DNA of 64,000 nt from Basidiobolus meristosporus CBS 931.73. Its lineage: Eukaryota > Fungi > Basidiobolomycota. Made by a program: the position numbers and the translations under genes. The stretch is from NCBI GenBank assembly GCA_002104905.1, contig MCFE01000317.1, positions 1-64,000 on the forward strand, written 5' to 3'. The notes under the pieces were generated by a model. That model was given only the letters and a program-made list of their open reading frames with translations, had not been told where the DNA came from and made no database searches. This document shows positions 50,901 to 62,499 of the stretch, piece by piece. Numbering within the stretch: the first letter of the stretch is position 1; each line of letters starts with the position of its first letter.

Positions 50901-51416
50901 ATAACGAGCCCCTCGAATGAAGAGACAGTCGATCATCCAGTGTCTACCGCCACAACTTCGAGTCAACCGGACATCAAAAATAGACGAGGATCAGGTGTAG
51001 CGGCAAAAGTTCAACCACAAACCACCTCTTCTGAACCGAATCTCGGTCCAAGAGATGCATCACAACCGCTTGTAGCGTTAGATGATAAGATTGATTCGAA
51101 CTCCGAGTCACAACCGACTATCGTATGTGAACAGCAAAAGTATCCAGAGTACGTCGACACTGCATCTACTTCAGAACATCAGGCCAATCCACCCACCCTT
51201 CCAGATAAACGAATAGAGCCACCCTTGTCACCAAGCAACTCATCGGTATCTATACCTTCATCACATCGTTCGCTCTCACCTGATAGCAATCTTGGTGTCA
51301 ATCCTCCACTGAAAAGGTCACTACAATCCGGAGTCTGTAAGTCACCGAAAAAAAGAGGAATCATCATTCCGATCCCGACCAACCGACCCCGAAAAGGGAC
51401 TCCCTTCAATCTATAA
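44954..51416 (+). CDS. Mit1/CHD (Mi-2-like) SNF2 chromatin remodeller with extra N-terminal chromo modules
   Basis: Exons 44954..45739, 45818..46070, 46136..46732, 46804..49457 and 49515..51416 total 6192 nt in one frame, with phase-compatible GT-AG introns. Domains: chromodomain, second chromo-fold segment, PHD (CYIC...CDRC..AHKKC...WHCDNC), two CHD chromodomains, ATPase (ILADDMGLGKT, DEGH, LTGTPLQN, LRKCLNHPYL, RVLIFSQM, LLSTRAGGVGLNL, QALSRAHRIGQ) and a CCHC knuckle. Confidence 0.9.
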
Positions 51417-51628
51417 TCAAGTGTAGAAATCCCAGCTTCTTGCTTTGCAAAACCTTGGAAGCCACGTTCACTGGGTAAAACTACGCCAAGCAAATCTCAA
51501 ATTATCCTAATTTTATTGACACTGTATAGTATATTATAATATTGATAGATCTCTACTGGACGTTACATTGTTACTTTTCTAAAATAAACCTGACGTTAAT
51601 GGCTCCAAAAGCGAAATCCTCTGTAAGG

Positions 51629-53353
51629 CTAGTCTTTGTTTGGCTTTGCGTCCATGGAGACCCTAGAGAGTCTACGGGTACGCATTTTGCCTGTTCTGTC
51701 TTCGAATGCATGCAGCTCGTGTCTGGCCTCCGCGGTTTCGGAGTCTGATAGCTTTTCTTTTATCTCATCTTCGGAAGTCAACTCCTCCAGCTTGATATTG
51801 TTACCAAGATTAGAGTTTACAGTCATGGTGGAAGACCCCGAAGCTGCCCCGGGAGTCATGATGACGGCTGGCTCGTCAAGTACATCGAGGTGGCTCTTTT
51901 CGAAGAGCTTGGGTAAGACAAATTGCTTGACTGGTACCAGTAACAATATGAAGACTGGGAACGAGATGGCGGCAGGGGATTCGGTGATGTAAAAGATCAA
52001 GGCGAGCAGTAACACTTGAACGATGGTAAACTTGGCCACAACCTTGTAGGGAACACTCACTGTCGCCCACAGCGGAGGGGTTAGCTTCTTATCAGTAAAT
52101 ATCAGCTTGACTCGGTTGGCAAGAGTATTGTCAACAAAGGACTCTAGGCCCATATACAGGAAAAGCCCAGCAAGAACAGCACGTGGGATCAACCCAAGAA
52201 CATGCAATATGGGCGGAAGAAGAGTGAGGCCAATTAAGAGGGATTGGAAGAGACCAGACACGCGCTGCTCACAGACGTGGTCCACAAACTCAATTCCTTT
52301 GTCTTCGCTGCGCTTAATTTTGGATAGGGAGCGAACGTGAAGAGGCGCCTGTGGAATCAACCCATTTGGAGCTGGGATGCCAAGTATTCCAGAGATTAGG
52401 GTGCATATACCCAACATGAGAAAGTCGAAGTGGAACGCTGGCCCTTTGCGAAGGTGGAACTCCGGTCTTTGGGATAGAAGAGAGGATACATTGTGATCGA
52501 AGAAGAAGAGAACGGTCAACACGATGGCGGGAAGGATGGACGCAAATACCGCCCACAATGGAAGCTCCCAGAAAGGCACCAACCAAGGTCGACCAGTCGT
52601 TGTCTGGAATGTATCTGGAACAGGAAGACGTGCGATCTCCAAGTTGGTGAGCTTTGGAAGATACGGAAGGGCGGTGAAAAGAACAATGGCAAAAGCGGCG
52701 GCGTAGTCGGCAATGATCCCCCGAATACCTTTCTTGAACAACGTCCACTTTCTGGCGCTTGCCAGATTGGTGGCAACGTAGAAAGTCCCAAGAGCCAACA
52801 ACAGAGATAACAGGGCCTGGGCCATGGGACCGCCAGTGAAGTAGCTGACAATTTCCTGGACGGCTTTGACCACATAAATAACTGCTATCAAACAGCCGAA
52901 TATCTCGCAGCTAAACTTGGTAATGTACTTCAGGAAGTTGCAACTATTGCAAATAGCCAGAATGACATGAAACAAGGTGGCCCAAATGCTTGCCCAGGCC
53001 ATAAATGGTAGAAACGCCACGTCCAACTGCTTACAGATATCAAAAACGGTCGCAGAGAAAATGGACACCGGGCCGGTAACGCCCATTATCACCAGCGGTT
53101 GTCCGGCAAAGATTGCAAATATTACGCCGCCCATGGCAGTTGAAAGAATTACCTCCACCACGCCATAGTTATTTTCTGTACTTTTGGATAGATCTGCTGC
53201 GAAGGTGATTGAAGGCAAAATGCTACAGAAGAACATAAATATTATTGACGCCAGAACCTTCGTCTGTAGGCCCTCTCTCCAGTCCGACCAATACAAGGGA
53301 AGCCTTCTCTTCAAATCACCCCGAATCCCCTCAAACAGATTGATTTTGTACAT
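51629..53353 (-). CDS. BOR1: Boron/bicarbonate transporter, SLC4 family
   Basis: Intronless. GIRGDLKRRLPLYWSDW, AGQPLVIMGVTGP, FSCEIFG, LFFFDHNVSS, GLIPQAPLH, EQRVSG, LFLYMG. Confidence 0.95.
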   Translation of the reverse strand: MYKINLFEGIRGDLKRRLPLYWSDWREGLQTKVLASIIFMFFCSILPSITFAADLSKSTENNYGVVEVILSTAMGGVIFAIFAGQPLVIMGVTGPVSIFSATVFDICKQLDVAFLPFMAWASIWATLFHVILAICNSCNFLKYITKFSCEIFGCLIAVIYVVKAVQEIVSYFTGGPMAQALLSLLLALGTFYVATNLASARKWTLFKKGIRGIIADYAAAFAIVLFTALPYLPKLTNLEIARLPVPDTFQTTTGRPWLVPFWELPLWAVFASILPAIVLTVLFFFDHNVSSLLSQRPEFHLRKGPAFHFDFLMLGICTLISGILGIPAPNGLIPQAPLHVRSLSKIKRSEDKGIEFVDHVCEQRVSGLFQSLLIGLTLLPPILHVLGLIPRAVLAGLFLYMGLESFVDNTLANRVKLIFTDKKLTPPLWATVSVPYKVVAKFTIVQVLLLALIFYITESPAAISFPVFILLLVPVKQFVLPKLFEKSHLDVLDEPAVIMTPGAASGSSTMTVNSNLGNNIKLEELTSEDEIKEKLSDSETAEARHELHAFEDRTGKMRTRRLSRVSMDAKPNKD

Positions 53354-53626
53354 TTCTTGTGAAGGGTAGAGTTGCGGTTCAATATACTATCAAGGCCTCT
53401 GTTGTAGAAGCGGCTAAGGCCCAGTGGGCTATCTCAGCCATTGGTTTTATGATCATCATACAACTCTAAACCAATTCAGCAAAAGGGATATTCCAAAACG
53501 AGAATATTTTGAAGGATTTTATTATGACTATTTGGTATATCAATACCAAATTGGAATGGAAAAAAACCGAAATTGCCAGCGGCAAAGCCGATCGATTGCT
53601 GATGGGGAGATGAGTGGAGCAGGCAT

Positions 53627-54155
53627 CTAAACACCATATCGGGATTCATAGCATTTCTTCGAGTAATAGCCAGCACCCAAAACACCAATAGTCCCTAGTG
53701 CCAATGGAAGAGGCTTGCGTGTGCGGATGCCACGAGGAAGCATGGCACCTGTAAGGAGGACAGAGGTTGCTAAGAGCATAAAGTGTTGAGAAAGGAATAC
53801 TCGAGAGAGGTGAAGATTTCCCATGTACCTGCAGCAAGCTCCTCGCCATATTCACGATTCTCTTTGAGTAAATATCTGAGCAAATTATGTCAGCATGTAA
53901 GCCATCCCGATCAAGGTAAAAACGCTATTACGTGGATACACCGAAGAGAGTGCCGAAGGTTAAACCGGCAATTAAGGAAGGCTTCGAGCGTCCTTTAAAA
54001 TAACCAACGATTCCACCGATGGCACCTAGGAAACACCAAATAGTAAGAAAATGCTTTCCACGAGTACACAGAAGAGAGAGCACTACAGAGTCCGGCAAGA
54101 GTAGCAGTAGTATGGTGAGACATGGTTCGATGGATGTGGGGAAAGCATTTGGCAT
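53627..54155 (-). CDS. TMEM14 (UPF0136) family small membrane protein
   Basis: GAIGGIVGYFKGRSKPSLIAGLTFGTLFG and LLTGAMLPRGIRTRKPLP, spread over several short exons. Confidence 0.85.
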
Positions 54156-54584
54156 GTATATATACACCTTGCCTATAGACAACCGAGGGGAGATGAGGAT
54201 ATTTTTTGCTAGGAATATTATCAAGTACTACCTAGCATCGCTATTTAGAGCGTTCCGCAATATCGTCGGCAAGGGTAGTTACGGGTGGGTAATTAGTGGG
54301 CATTTCGTTAGGCTCACTGTAGCTCATTGGTTTCCTAATGGTGGAAGCGGAACCCATATATATTCTTTGGTAGTCCCATTGATGTCAAAACGTGATTGAT
54401 TAGTCATCTTGGTTGCCTTTTTTTTGTGAGGAAGATTGGAAATTGATTAAACTAACTCTTGATTATTCATAACGAGGGTAAAAGTTTTAGAATGAGCTTC
54501 TGCGATTTCTCTGCTGGAAACCACAACACTATATTAATCTTTATTTAAGCTTGGTTCGTGACCTTTCTGCTTCGCGTAGTCGTA

Positions 54585-57500
54585 ATGGAAGGGAGACTAG
54601 TAAGAAACTACATAGTGAATCTTGGGGAGACCTCAGGAGAGGCTTCTTCTGTTCTGAAGGAGATCATCGAAGGTGCAATATTCCTGTGAATGGTTCTGCC
54701 TAGAGCTATGATGTCTAAACCATATTAATACACAGGCATCGATCTCGGCCAAACGACACTGTTAAATCTTGTCCAGGCCTTAGAGGAATTTTTGACCAAC
54801 GATGACAACTCTTTAAGAGCTAAAGGTGTGTATGCAGCCCGGAACTTTCCTCGATGCGCCGCCTAATTTGATTTCAACCGTGCAACCCAGGAACAAACCT
54901 TCTCTCCACTGTTTTGGCCGCTTGCTCGAAGGAACAAGTAAACAGTAAAGCTGGTACTTAGGAATGTCAAAACACCTTATCGACGTTCACTCCTAATAGA
55001 AACCCTCTAGTCTCGGTTTTGCTAGGCTTCTATAGCGATAGATTGACCGATGCCAGTTGTCTTCACGAGCTGCTTAAAGGCTTGTTGGCATTGCAAAGGT
55101 TTAAGTGGTTTGGTTCCAGTGCCTCCGTCAAAAGCGCTGAAAGGTATGCGGTCTCTGTTTCTAGGTGGCATCGCAACAATAGTTTGACACAGTTGATAGC
55201 ATCTTTGCTTCAGTCGACATGAATACTTTAACCCAAGCAACACGCCACGTCGTTTTCCAAATTCTTTACGGATTGCTGGAGAATCATATCACTAGTACTG
55301 TATAGATGCGTCCATATCTTGAACCGCAAAAGGTCGAAAACTTACGGCGCTTGATATAGGCATCAAAACTATGAAGGAGCAGTTTGTCACTGGGTACTTG
55401 AATATTATGGACGGAGAAAAAGATCCACGGAACCTGATATTGGCATTCAAATCAGTCAAAATAATTATTGACAACTTCGATATCACCAACCAGGTCGAGG
55501 TGGGGGATCGGTGTTGCGTCAATCGCGGATGCTCTAGTGTAGCTAACATCATCCCATTATGTAGAGTCTCTTTGAAGTCACCTTCTGTTACTTCCCAATC
55601 ACCTTCAAGCCACCTCCAGGTGACCCATACGGCATCACTGCAAGCGATTTGAAGTTAGCTTTGAGGTTAGCATCTCGGTCGACAGTTCTGTCGATATGTA
55701 ACACCCACTAATGACCCTGTTTAGACAATGTTTGGCTGCAACACCTCTTTTCGCCAAACACAGTATGCCCCTTTTGTTGGATAAGTTGATGTCCACCTCT
55801 GGAAATGCTCAGGTTGGGAACATGTGCAACATAAAGTTTAACGACCATGGTATTCATGCTGGCGTTTGTAGTTGGATTCTCTGGAAACGCTCGCTCAGTG
55901 TATTCCTGTTTATGGTGCGGAAAGCATAGAATCTCATGTGTTGGAGCTGCGTGCGGCTTTGGAGGACGAGGTAAGGGCTCTCTTGATCCGGTGCCATTTG
56001 GACGAAAGTCTCAATGAGACTGTCTTTTTTAGCTTCTTGAGCTCCCACCTGTAGAGATGGAGAATATCGTTATGAGCGTGATCATCGTACTTGTCAGAAC
56101 TCTGGCCAACAGCGAGCAGACTGATAAGCAGGTCTTGATGGAGTTCATCAATCAGAACATCCAGGATTCGATGGATGCGTTTAATGAGGCCGTCGTTCCT
56201 AAACCCAGAGCGGTTGGAAAACTTCTTAGAGCAACCGCAAGTGGTTCCAGTCAGTATTCTGCTTGCCATTTGCGCACTGCCCAATTGGACTAATCTTTTT
56301 ATTCGCACCATGATAGCCCTGTCGAACCGCAAGGTCGTTGAAAGTATCGTGCCCTTTTTGACCGACTTGTACGGTCGCATAGAATTCACTGCCAAAAAGA
56401 ACATCATTCTCGAAACCTTGCTGGATCTGATCGAAGCCAACAGAGAGCTCTACAGCATTGGTGACTCTCAGTCCAATCCTGCCGGCGAATCTACCCCGTT
56501 GATTGCTTTCAAGGATAAGCTTTTTGAGATATATTCAAGTGCGCTCAAGTCATCGAACGAACATAACGAATTAAGGTCCGTTGGTCTACGTGGGCTTTGT
56601 GCTATGGTTCTAGTGGACCAGCTTCTTTCTGATAATGAGGCTGGAGTTGCTGTTCAGCACATTGACTCTGCCCTCTTCGACGAGATTAGTCAATCTATTA
56701 GCCAAGAGGCACTCGATTCTCTAAATTCTATTGCCCCGTTGCGCCCTTATGTTATTCGCAACATCACTTTGCACGATGTACTATCGGTATTGCCAGATAC
56801 CAACGTGGAGGTTTCTTTGGGACAAAGAAAGAAAATTGAAAAAAGTCTCAAGTATATCGAAAGCATTTGCATCGAGCCTGTGCTGTTCGAGGCTGCTACA
56901 TCCAGCCTATTGCAATACTTTGAGAAATACACCGCCGAAGCTAGGAGCGATGGCACACTCCCGTTCTTAGTCCTCTCCACCATTCGTGCAATTCTGAAGA
57001 CCAAATACTCCAAGGGGCATTCGGATATATCCTTGGTTCTGAACTCCTTGGTTACTCACCTGTATTCCATTGCTATTTCGAATGCGATCGAGAATCACCA
57101 AAGTCTTCTGGCCGACACGAACATCTTGACGGAGATCGCCAAGATCTCCAACCTCGTCTTCCGTAGCTTGGACGCACAGGAGCAAACTTTGTTCATCGAG
57201 AAAGTTTTCGAAGTGTTTTACAAAGGAAACACCAATTCCGTTGTTTTCAACATTGCTACACTGGGCGCCACCGAATTTTACCCTCTCAAGCCCTCTTCTT
57301 CCCTTGCTCAGACCAACCTCTCAATTCTTTTCACATCGATTCTCTGTTGCTTACGAAAGGAGGTAAGACGTAACACACTACTGGTTGACGGCAAGCGTTT
57401 AATACGGGAATCCCTCTGATTAGGTTGCAATCCCTGTTGCAGATGTATCCGGATTCCTCTCAGAATTGCTGGAGTCTGCAATGAGCAGTGATAATCTGTT

Positions 57501-58750
57501 TCAGCGACTTTCTCTCGCACAATGTGTTGGTTCGATAGTCAACAAATGGACTTCAGGTAAAGCTGGGCTAGCATATCTCTGTCTCCATTGAGGTTCCAAT
57601 ACTTATGTTGGATTTGCCCATAGCCAGTGACTTTGAAGGATTCGTAAAAGGGGATATCAACAAGCTTCGCGAGATACTCTTGCATGCCGAGGATATCGCA
57701 CTTCGTGTCAAGGCGCTTGAAATCCTGCAATGGGTATTGTTCCAATTGATTCGATCGATCCTCCCCCAACATTCACTTACTTGCTGGACCCTTAGGTTTC
57801 TCGTGCCCTGGTATTAAGGACACATTCAGCAGGTTTCCAGCTCGCTACCGACATGTGTGGTTTATTGAATCAAGCCCAGTTAGGCAAACAGGTGGCAAAC
57901 GGATTCGAAACCCTCATTGGTGACAATGAGTGGGTCCTCGATAAATCCAGTTTCTGTACCGTCAGAGTGAGTAATTCTCGAGCCATTTATTCAAGGTTGA
58001 CCATGTTGTTTACATCGCTTGTGTACACTAGCTTTTGCACAAGCAGAGATTCTTCAATCACTGTCTCCCGATGATTCTCGATGGGTTCACCAATTCTCCT
58101 GAAGGTAATAGAAAGCCCCATGCCCGTGGATCCATTGATATCATACTAAAAACCAGATCTAGGTGTCAAGGAGAATTACCTGATTGCATTATCTCAGATT
58201 TTGGTTAGCGTTCCCAAACAAGTGCTTCTGAGCTCGATCTCGTCGGTAAGCCATTGATTTGTCCTAACCTGACTTGAGCCGTGCCCAATCCTAATGCGCT
58301 GTTACATAAGCTGCTCCCTCTGTTGTTGTCATCCTTGAACTTCCCTGAGGCTGGTCTCAAGGCATCGACCTTGCATACATTGAGCATATTGATTGAAGAG
58401 ACCCCTCAACTTGTGACGGAGCATGTATCCACCATATTGCCACTTCTACTCCAGCTCACACTGCGTGAGAGCAGCAACAGCATGGTACGTTTCTATAAGT
58501 TGAGTGAAGGTTGAGGTGTAGCTTGATGACCAAAATTTTTACGAAACCAATGTAGGTTGTACGCATCAATGCATTGAAGTGCCTCTCACTAGTGGCTGGC
58601 AAGATCCCGTACGACGTTCTTCACCCTTACAAATCTCAGATACTGAAGGAGCTTCTGAAGCCAGTCGACGACACCAAACGTATAGTTCGAAAAGAAGCAG
58701 TGATCTGCAGAAACAGGTGGTTCATGCTTACCGGGCCCCCTACCCAATAA
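54585..58750 (+). CDS. MMS19: MMS19/MET18 cytosolic Fe-S assembly scaffold
   Basis: TLLNLVQALEEFLTNDD..LRAKG, MDGEKDPRNLILAF, FEVTFCYFPITFKPPP.DPYGIT, LLDKL, KPLVDDTKRIVRKEAVICRNRWF*. HEAT-like repeats; many short introns. Confidence 0.93.
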
Positions 58751-59184
58751 TCGAACCCCCCATCCATGAATGATCTCGTTGTTTCTAGAATATATATTTA
58801 TTGAGTAAAGACTAGTTGGATATTGACCATTTCATGGTGCGGACAAAAGCCAGGCGTACAAGTGGACCTGGACATTCGCAGGGTTGGCTTTGTTGGTGTG
58901 AGCCATTCTCCTGGGAGCGACACGTGATGGTCACCGATACGGATATCAAGTAACGTTTATTGGGTACGAATTGTCATGCAAATTAGATTTGGCAGTGAAT
59001 ACAGATAGGAAAAAGCGAGTCATACTTCAGGGAACTAATTTCTAGATGGATCAGGAGAGTACAAAATCAATGAGAACCCTGCTTGTACATAAATATATAC
59101 GTGAATGATGATCTATACACTATACAGTGGTATGGTGGGTTGATTTGCGTTCATTGGTCCTACTCGATTGGATTTCACCAAGGA

Positions 59185-61155
59185 TTAACAGTCATTGGGG
59201 ATCAAGAAGCTCTCTTGACGGACACCTCCACCCCATGGAGTACCACCGACTAATTTGGCATCCAGCCCCAGGCCGCGCTTAGCGAAGGCTTTCCAGATCT
59301 CGCAGTAATTCTCTCCCCCAGTTAGTAGGTCGTCCGCATGGATGATCGCATCTCGGGCATCCACGAATTTGGGTCGGCATGGCTGTAGCTTCATCCCGTC
59401 AAGGACCAGCTGAAGCGCCAAGGTGTTCCCGTGTCTGAGCGAGGCAGAGTACCAGTCCGAGGTGAAGCCGTACTTGTCAACCAGGTTCCAGTACATCTCA
59501 TACAGCATCTCAGCCCAAACACCCCCTTTGGCGTGGACGCCCCAGTAGTTGGCCTTGTCCATGATGGAGTAGGTCTCTGGGTTGGTGATGTTGTTGGTGG
59601 AGTACTTGAAGTATCTGATGTTTTTCCCGCCATTGGCGTACTCGCCCATGCCAAGGTCGAGTCGGCGGTCGTCGTCGGGTCTCATGCGCAGAATGGTTGC
59701 GAAGAAATCTCCCCACCCTTCACCCATCCCGCCGGCCTCTCCCCAGCCAAGGCATCCGCTGTTGGCAGGGCCGCCAGTCAGTCGAGTGGAGATACCATGG
59801 GTGTACTCATGGATCATGATCCCGCTCTCCAGGTCGCCGTCACGATGAGGCTGTATAACATTCCAGACGTACATCCTCATCTTGCCTTTCATGCCGTCGG
59901 GCGGGGTTGCGAAGTTGGCATTGTTGTAGCCACTGCCGTCCTGCGCATTGGCAATCACCGCGTCCCCCGATTCGCCACCGCGGCCGAAATTGTTGTCTTG
60001 GAAGTTGCCCGCAGTCTCGGTGAATCCGTACTGATAGCTGAGATCATGCATCACGTTGTTCCAATAGAAGAGGTTGGTGATGGAGGAGTCGAGATAGGAC
60101 TTTGGGTTCCGGTGCAGGTCCAGGGTGAAATCAAAGAGCAGGTGATCTCCTCCGTGAGGGCGGTAGTTGGTTTCCCATTCATAGCCACCCTCGATGTTCT
60201 CATGCGCGGCCACATTGTTTCCAATGGTGGTGGAGAAATTGCGGCGGCCGAGTGAGTGCCATCCCAGCGGGCTGGCCCGCTTATTTTCGGGGTTGGATAC
60301 CAAGCGTCTGCTCCCTTCATCAGGATCGTTGATTCCGAGGGGGTAGACATTATAGTGGGCGTCTGAAACCCAATCAATGAGGGACATGACCTGAGCATTT
60401 TCGGCGGAAACATGCGCGTGATACCAATTATCGTTCATCTCCACTTGGAAATCCCAAACCGGGTGTAGCTCTCCTTCGGACGTCTGGATATAGGCCAATG
60501 AAGTGGGCACTTGATTGTTGACGGTAAATGGAACTCCCTGGATCATGTACACCGAGTCTTTTGCGCTGCCCGAGACCTTCTCTACCTCTAGTGTGGTGAC
60601 ATCGCTGACCTCGATCTTCAAGTGCTCCGCGAGGGCAAGCAGCGCATCGCGAGGAGGAACAGTAGGCTGTGGTGAGGACTTGAATGAATTTAACTTCCTG
60701 AACACGACCTGGCCAAATGGGCTGGCGAAGTTATCCTGGAGCTTGTTCACGGCATCAAAGAATTTGTTCGTGGGGGGTATCAATCCTTTGTAGAAGGAAT
60801 CGCCGTAAGATACTACGCGGCCATACTTGTCAAGATTGATGTTCATGTCTCCATTGACTACCTCCAGACCATGGACGATCTGTCGAAGGTACACGTGGGT
60901 TGCGCCGTTGTGTTCCGACTGATACATGTTCTTGACAACATAGTCGCTCTCCTTGAGGCTCAAGGTGTCCTGGATGAACTTTTTGACCACGTTGCTCGGC
61001 TCCTCCAAGGAAGAAGGCGTGAATCCCGACTCCGCCGAAGAGACCTGATAGCTGCTGCTGGAGATTTCAGGGCCAAACGTGGGCTCGTGGATCCGCCCCG
61101 CTACCACACTGAGAGACAGCGAGAACAGAAGGGGCAGTACAATACAGTTACGCAT
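59185..61155 (-). CDS. Secreted fungalysin (peptidase M36) with FTP propeptide
   Basis: ATG 61155 with signal peptide MRNCIVLPLLFSLSLSVVA; propeptide THVYLRQIVHGLEVVNGDMNIN; catalytic TTIGNN, FTETAGNFQ, AQDGSGYNNANFATPPDG, HEYTHG, GMGEGWGD, KLQPCRP. Intronless. Confidence 0.96.
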   Translation of the reverse strand: MRNCIVLPLLFSLSLSVVAGRIHEPTFGPEISSSSYQVSSAESGFTPSSLEEPSNVVKKFIQDTLSLKESDYVVKNMYQSEHNGATHVYLRQIVHGLEVVNGDMNINLDKYGRVVSYGDSFYKGLIPPTNKFFDAVNKLQDNFASPFGQVVFRKLNSFKSSPQPTVPPRDALLALAEHLKIEVSDVTTLEVEKVSGSAKDSVYMIQGVPFTVNNQVPTSLAYIQTSEGELHPVWDFQVEMNDNWYHAHVSAENAQVMSLIDWVSDAHYNVYPLGINDPDEGSRRLVSNPENKRASPLGWHSLGRRNFSTTIGNNVAAHENIEGGYEWETNYRPHGGDHLLFDFTLDLHRNPKSYLDSSITNLFYWNNVMHDLSYQYGFTETAGNFQDNNFGRGGESGDAVIANAQDGSGYNNANFATPPDGMKGKMRMYVWNVIQPHRDGDLESGIMIHEYTHGISTRLTGGPANSGCLGWGEAGGMGEGWGDFFATILRMRPDDDRRLDLGMGEYANGGKNIRYFKYSTNNITNPETYSIMDKANYWGVHAKGGVWAEMLYEMYWNLVDKYGFTSDWYSASLRHGNTLALQLVLDGMKLQPCRPKFVDARDAIIHADDLLTGGENYCEIWKAFAKRGLGLDAKLVGGTPWGGGVRQESFLIPNDC

Positions 61156-61338
61156 GGCCAAAACAAGCGGGGTGGAAGCAAAATTCGGGAGATCAACAAA
61201 CAAGAGCACTGTCTAGTAAAGGAAAAAGAAGAGAGGATTTGCTCGAATGTTGGTGGTAAAAGATAAGAGAGGCCCAGATCAGGAGTGTTCTAAATGAGTT
61301 GTTAAAAGGTGGATCTTCACGTTATATAGTTGCGGGAT

Positions 61339-62098
61339 TCAACAGGGATGCGGTATGCAACCAGTTGATTGGATCAAAACCAACGAAGTAGAACAGGCAA
61401 AACTCCAGAGACTGGAATGGTAGATAATCTGCCCTTTTCGATGGATAATTTGCCAGCTGGATATTGAATTCAATTCATTCACGACAAAGGATTTTTGGTT
61501 GCTGTAAGCGGTGTTTAGCTGATGAAGCGACTGGAGAGCCCATTGGCCCGCCTCAAACAAGCACATGATCGCATCTCGAGGATCGAAGCCCATGATGACA
61601 AATGATTCAAGAAACTGTTGGTGGGCAAGGTTTATGCAGAACTGTTCACTTGCATTCCAATCTATCACGCGTTCTTTCATGATCCGATTTCTCTGCACAT
61701 TTGATATCTACCCTGTGAGGCATGTGACAGACGCCTGATTTGCTTCCCTCGCCAATTTGGTATTCAAGAAACTTTCCGCCGAGCTCCTTAATCGCTTTGC
61801 AGTGCGAGCCCGTTTCCCAATTCTATTCAGAAACACATTGTAGCGCTATGGTGCAGATTCCATGGATTTTGCATACGAGAAACAATCCTCTCCTTGGCAG
61901 TTTGGAACACCAAAGGTGTGCTGTGACGGTGATCGGATCGGATCCGATATCGAGGGAAAGTTGGTGTTGCGGTCGGATTGGGCAGCGAGGTAGGCCCTGC
62001 GAGTTCGGCTTCGATAGGTTGGAGATACCTGGAATCAACAAGGCGATAGAGGACCATTCATTCCACAGGGAAATAATAAGAAATAGGGGCCAGATCAT
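61339..62098 (-). CDS. Possible spliced, secreted hypothetical protein
   Basis: ORF 61823..62098 starts with a hydrophobic leader. An intervening open segment (NWETGSHCKAIKELGGKFLNTK...) and ORF 61339..61698 could be joined by short introns; phases not verified. Confidence 0.3.
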
Positions 62099-62499
62099 TG
62101 GGTTATCCCACTGAGTGAATTATATTAATCTTTCCGAATAAGATAAGTGGTACCCGAATACAGAGACCTTCCTTAAATCTCCGAGGTTAACTGGGGAGAT
62201 GGCTATTGTCCATCGTTTGTTCTCGGAAGTATGTAAAAGTTATCGCCCCCTTCAACAATGAGAGTTTAGGGGGGAATGCACAAGTTTCGAATACACAAAT
62301 TGAATGAATGGAATACAGAATCGCCATGCCGAGCTCACAGAATGGCGAATCCTCGAGTGGCCAGTCGTGTTCCTGATCCCTGGAGCTCCGGAGTTCCTCT
62401 CACGATCCCTGATCACTGGACACATGTGGTTAAAGGCTCGGCCAAAGCAGTAATAACGACTGTATACCTATACCCAGCCGTCCAATAATTCCCAATTTT

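Noticed and set aside
59431-60255. 274-aa antisense ORF over the fungalysin
   Set aside because: Expected in GC-rich coding DNA; the sequence is not domain-like.
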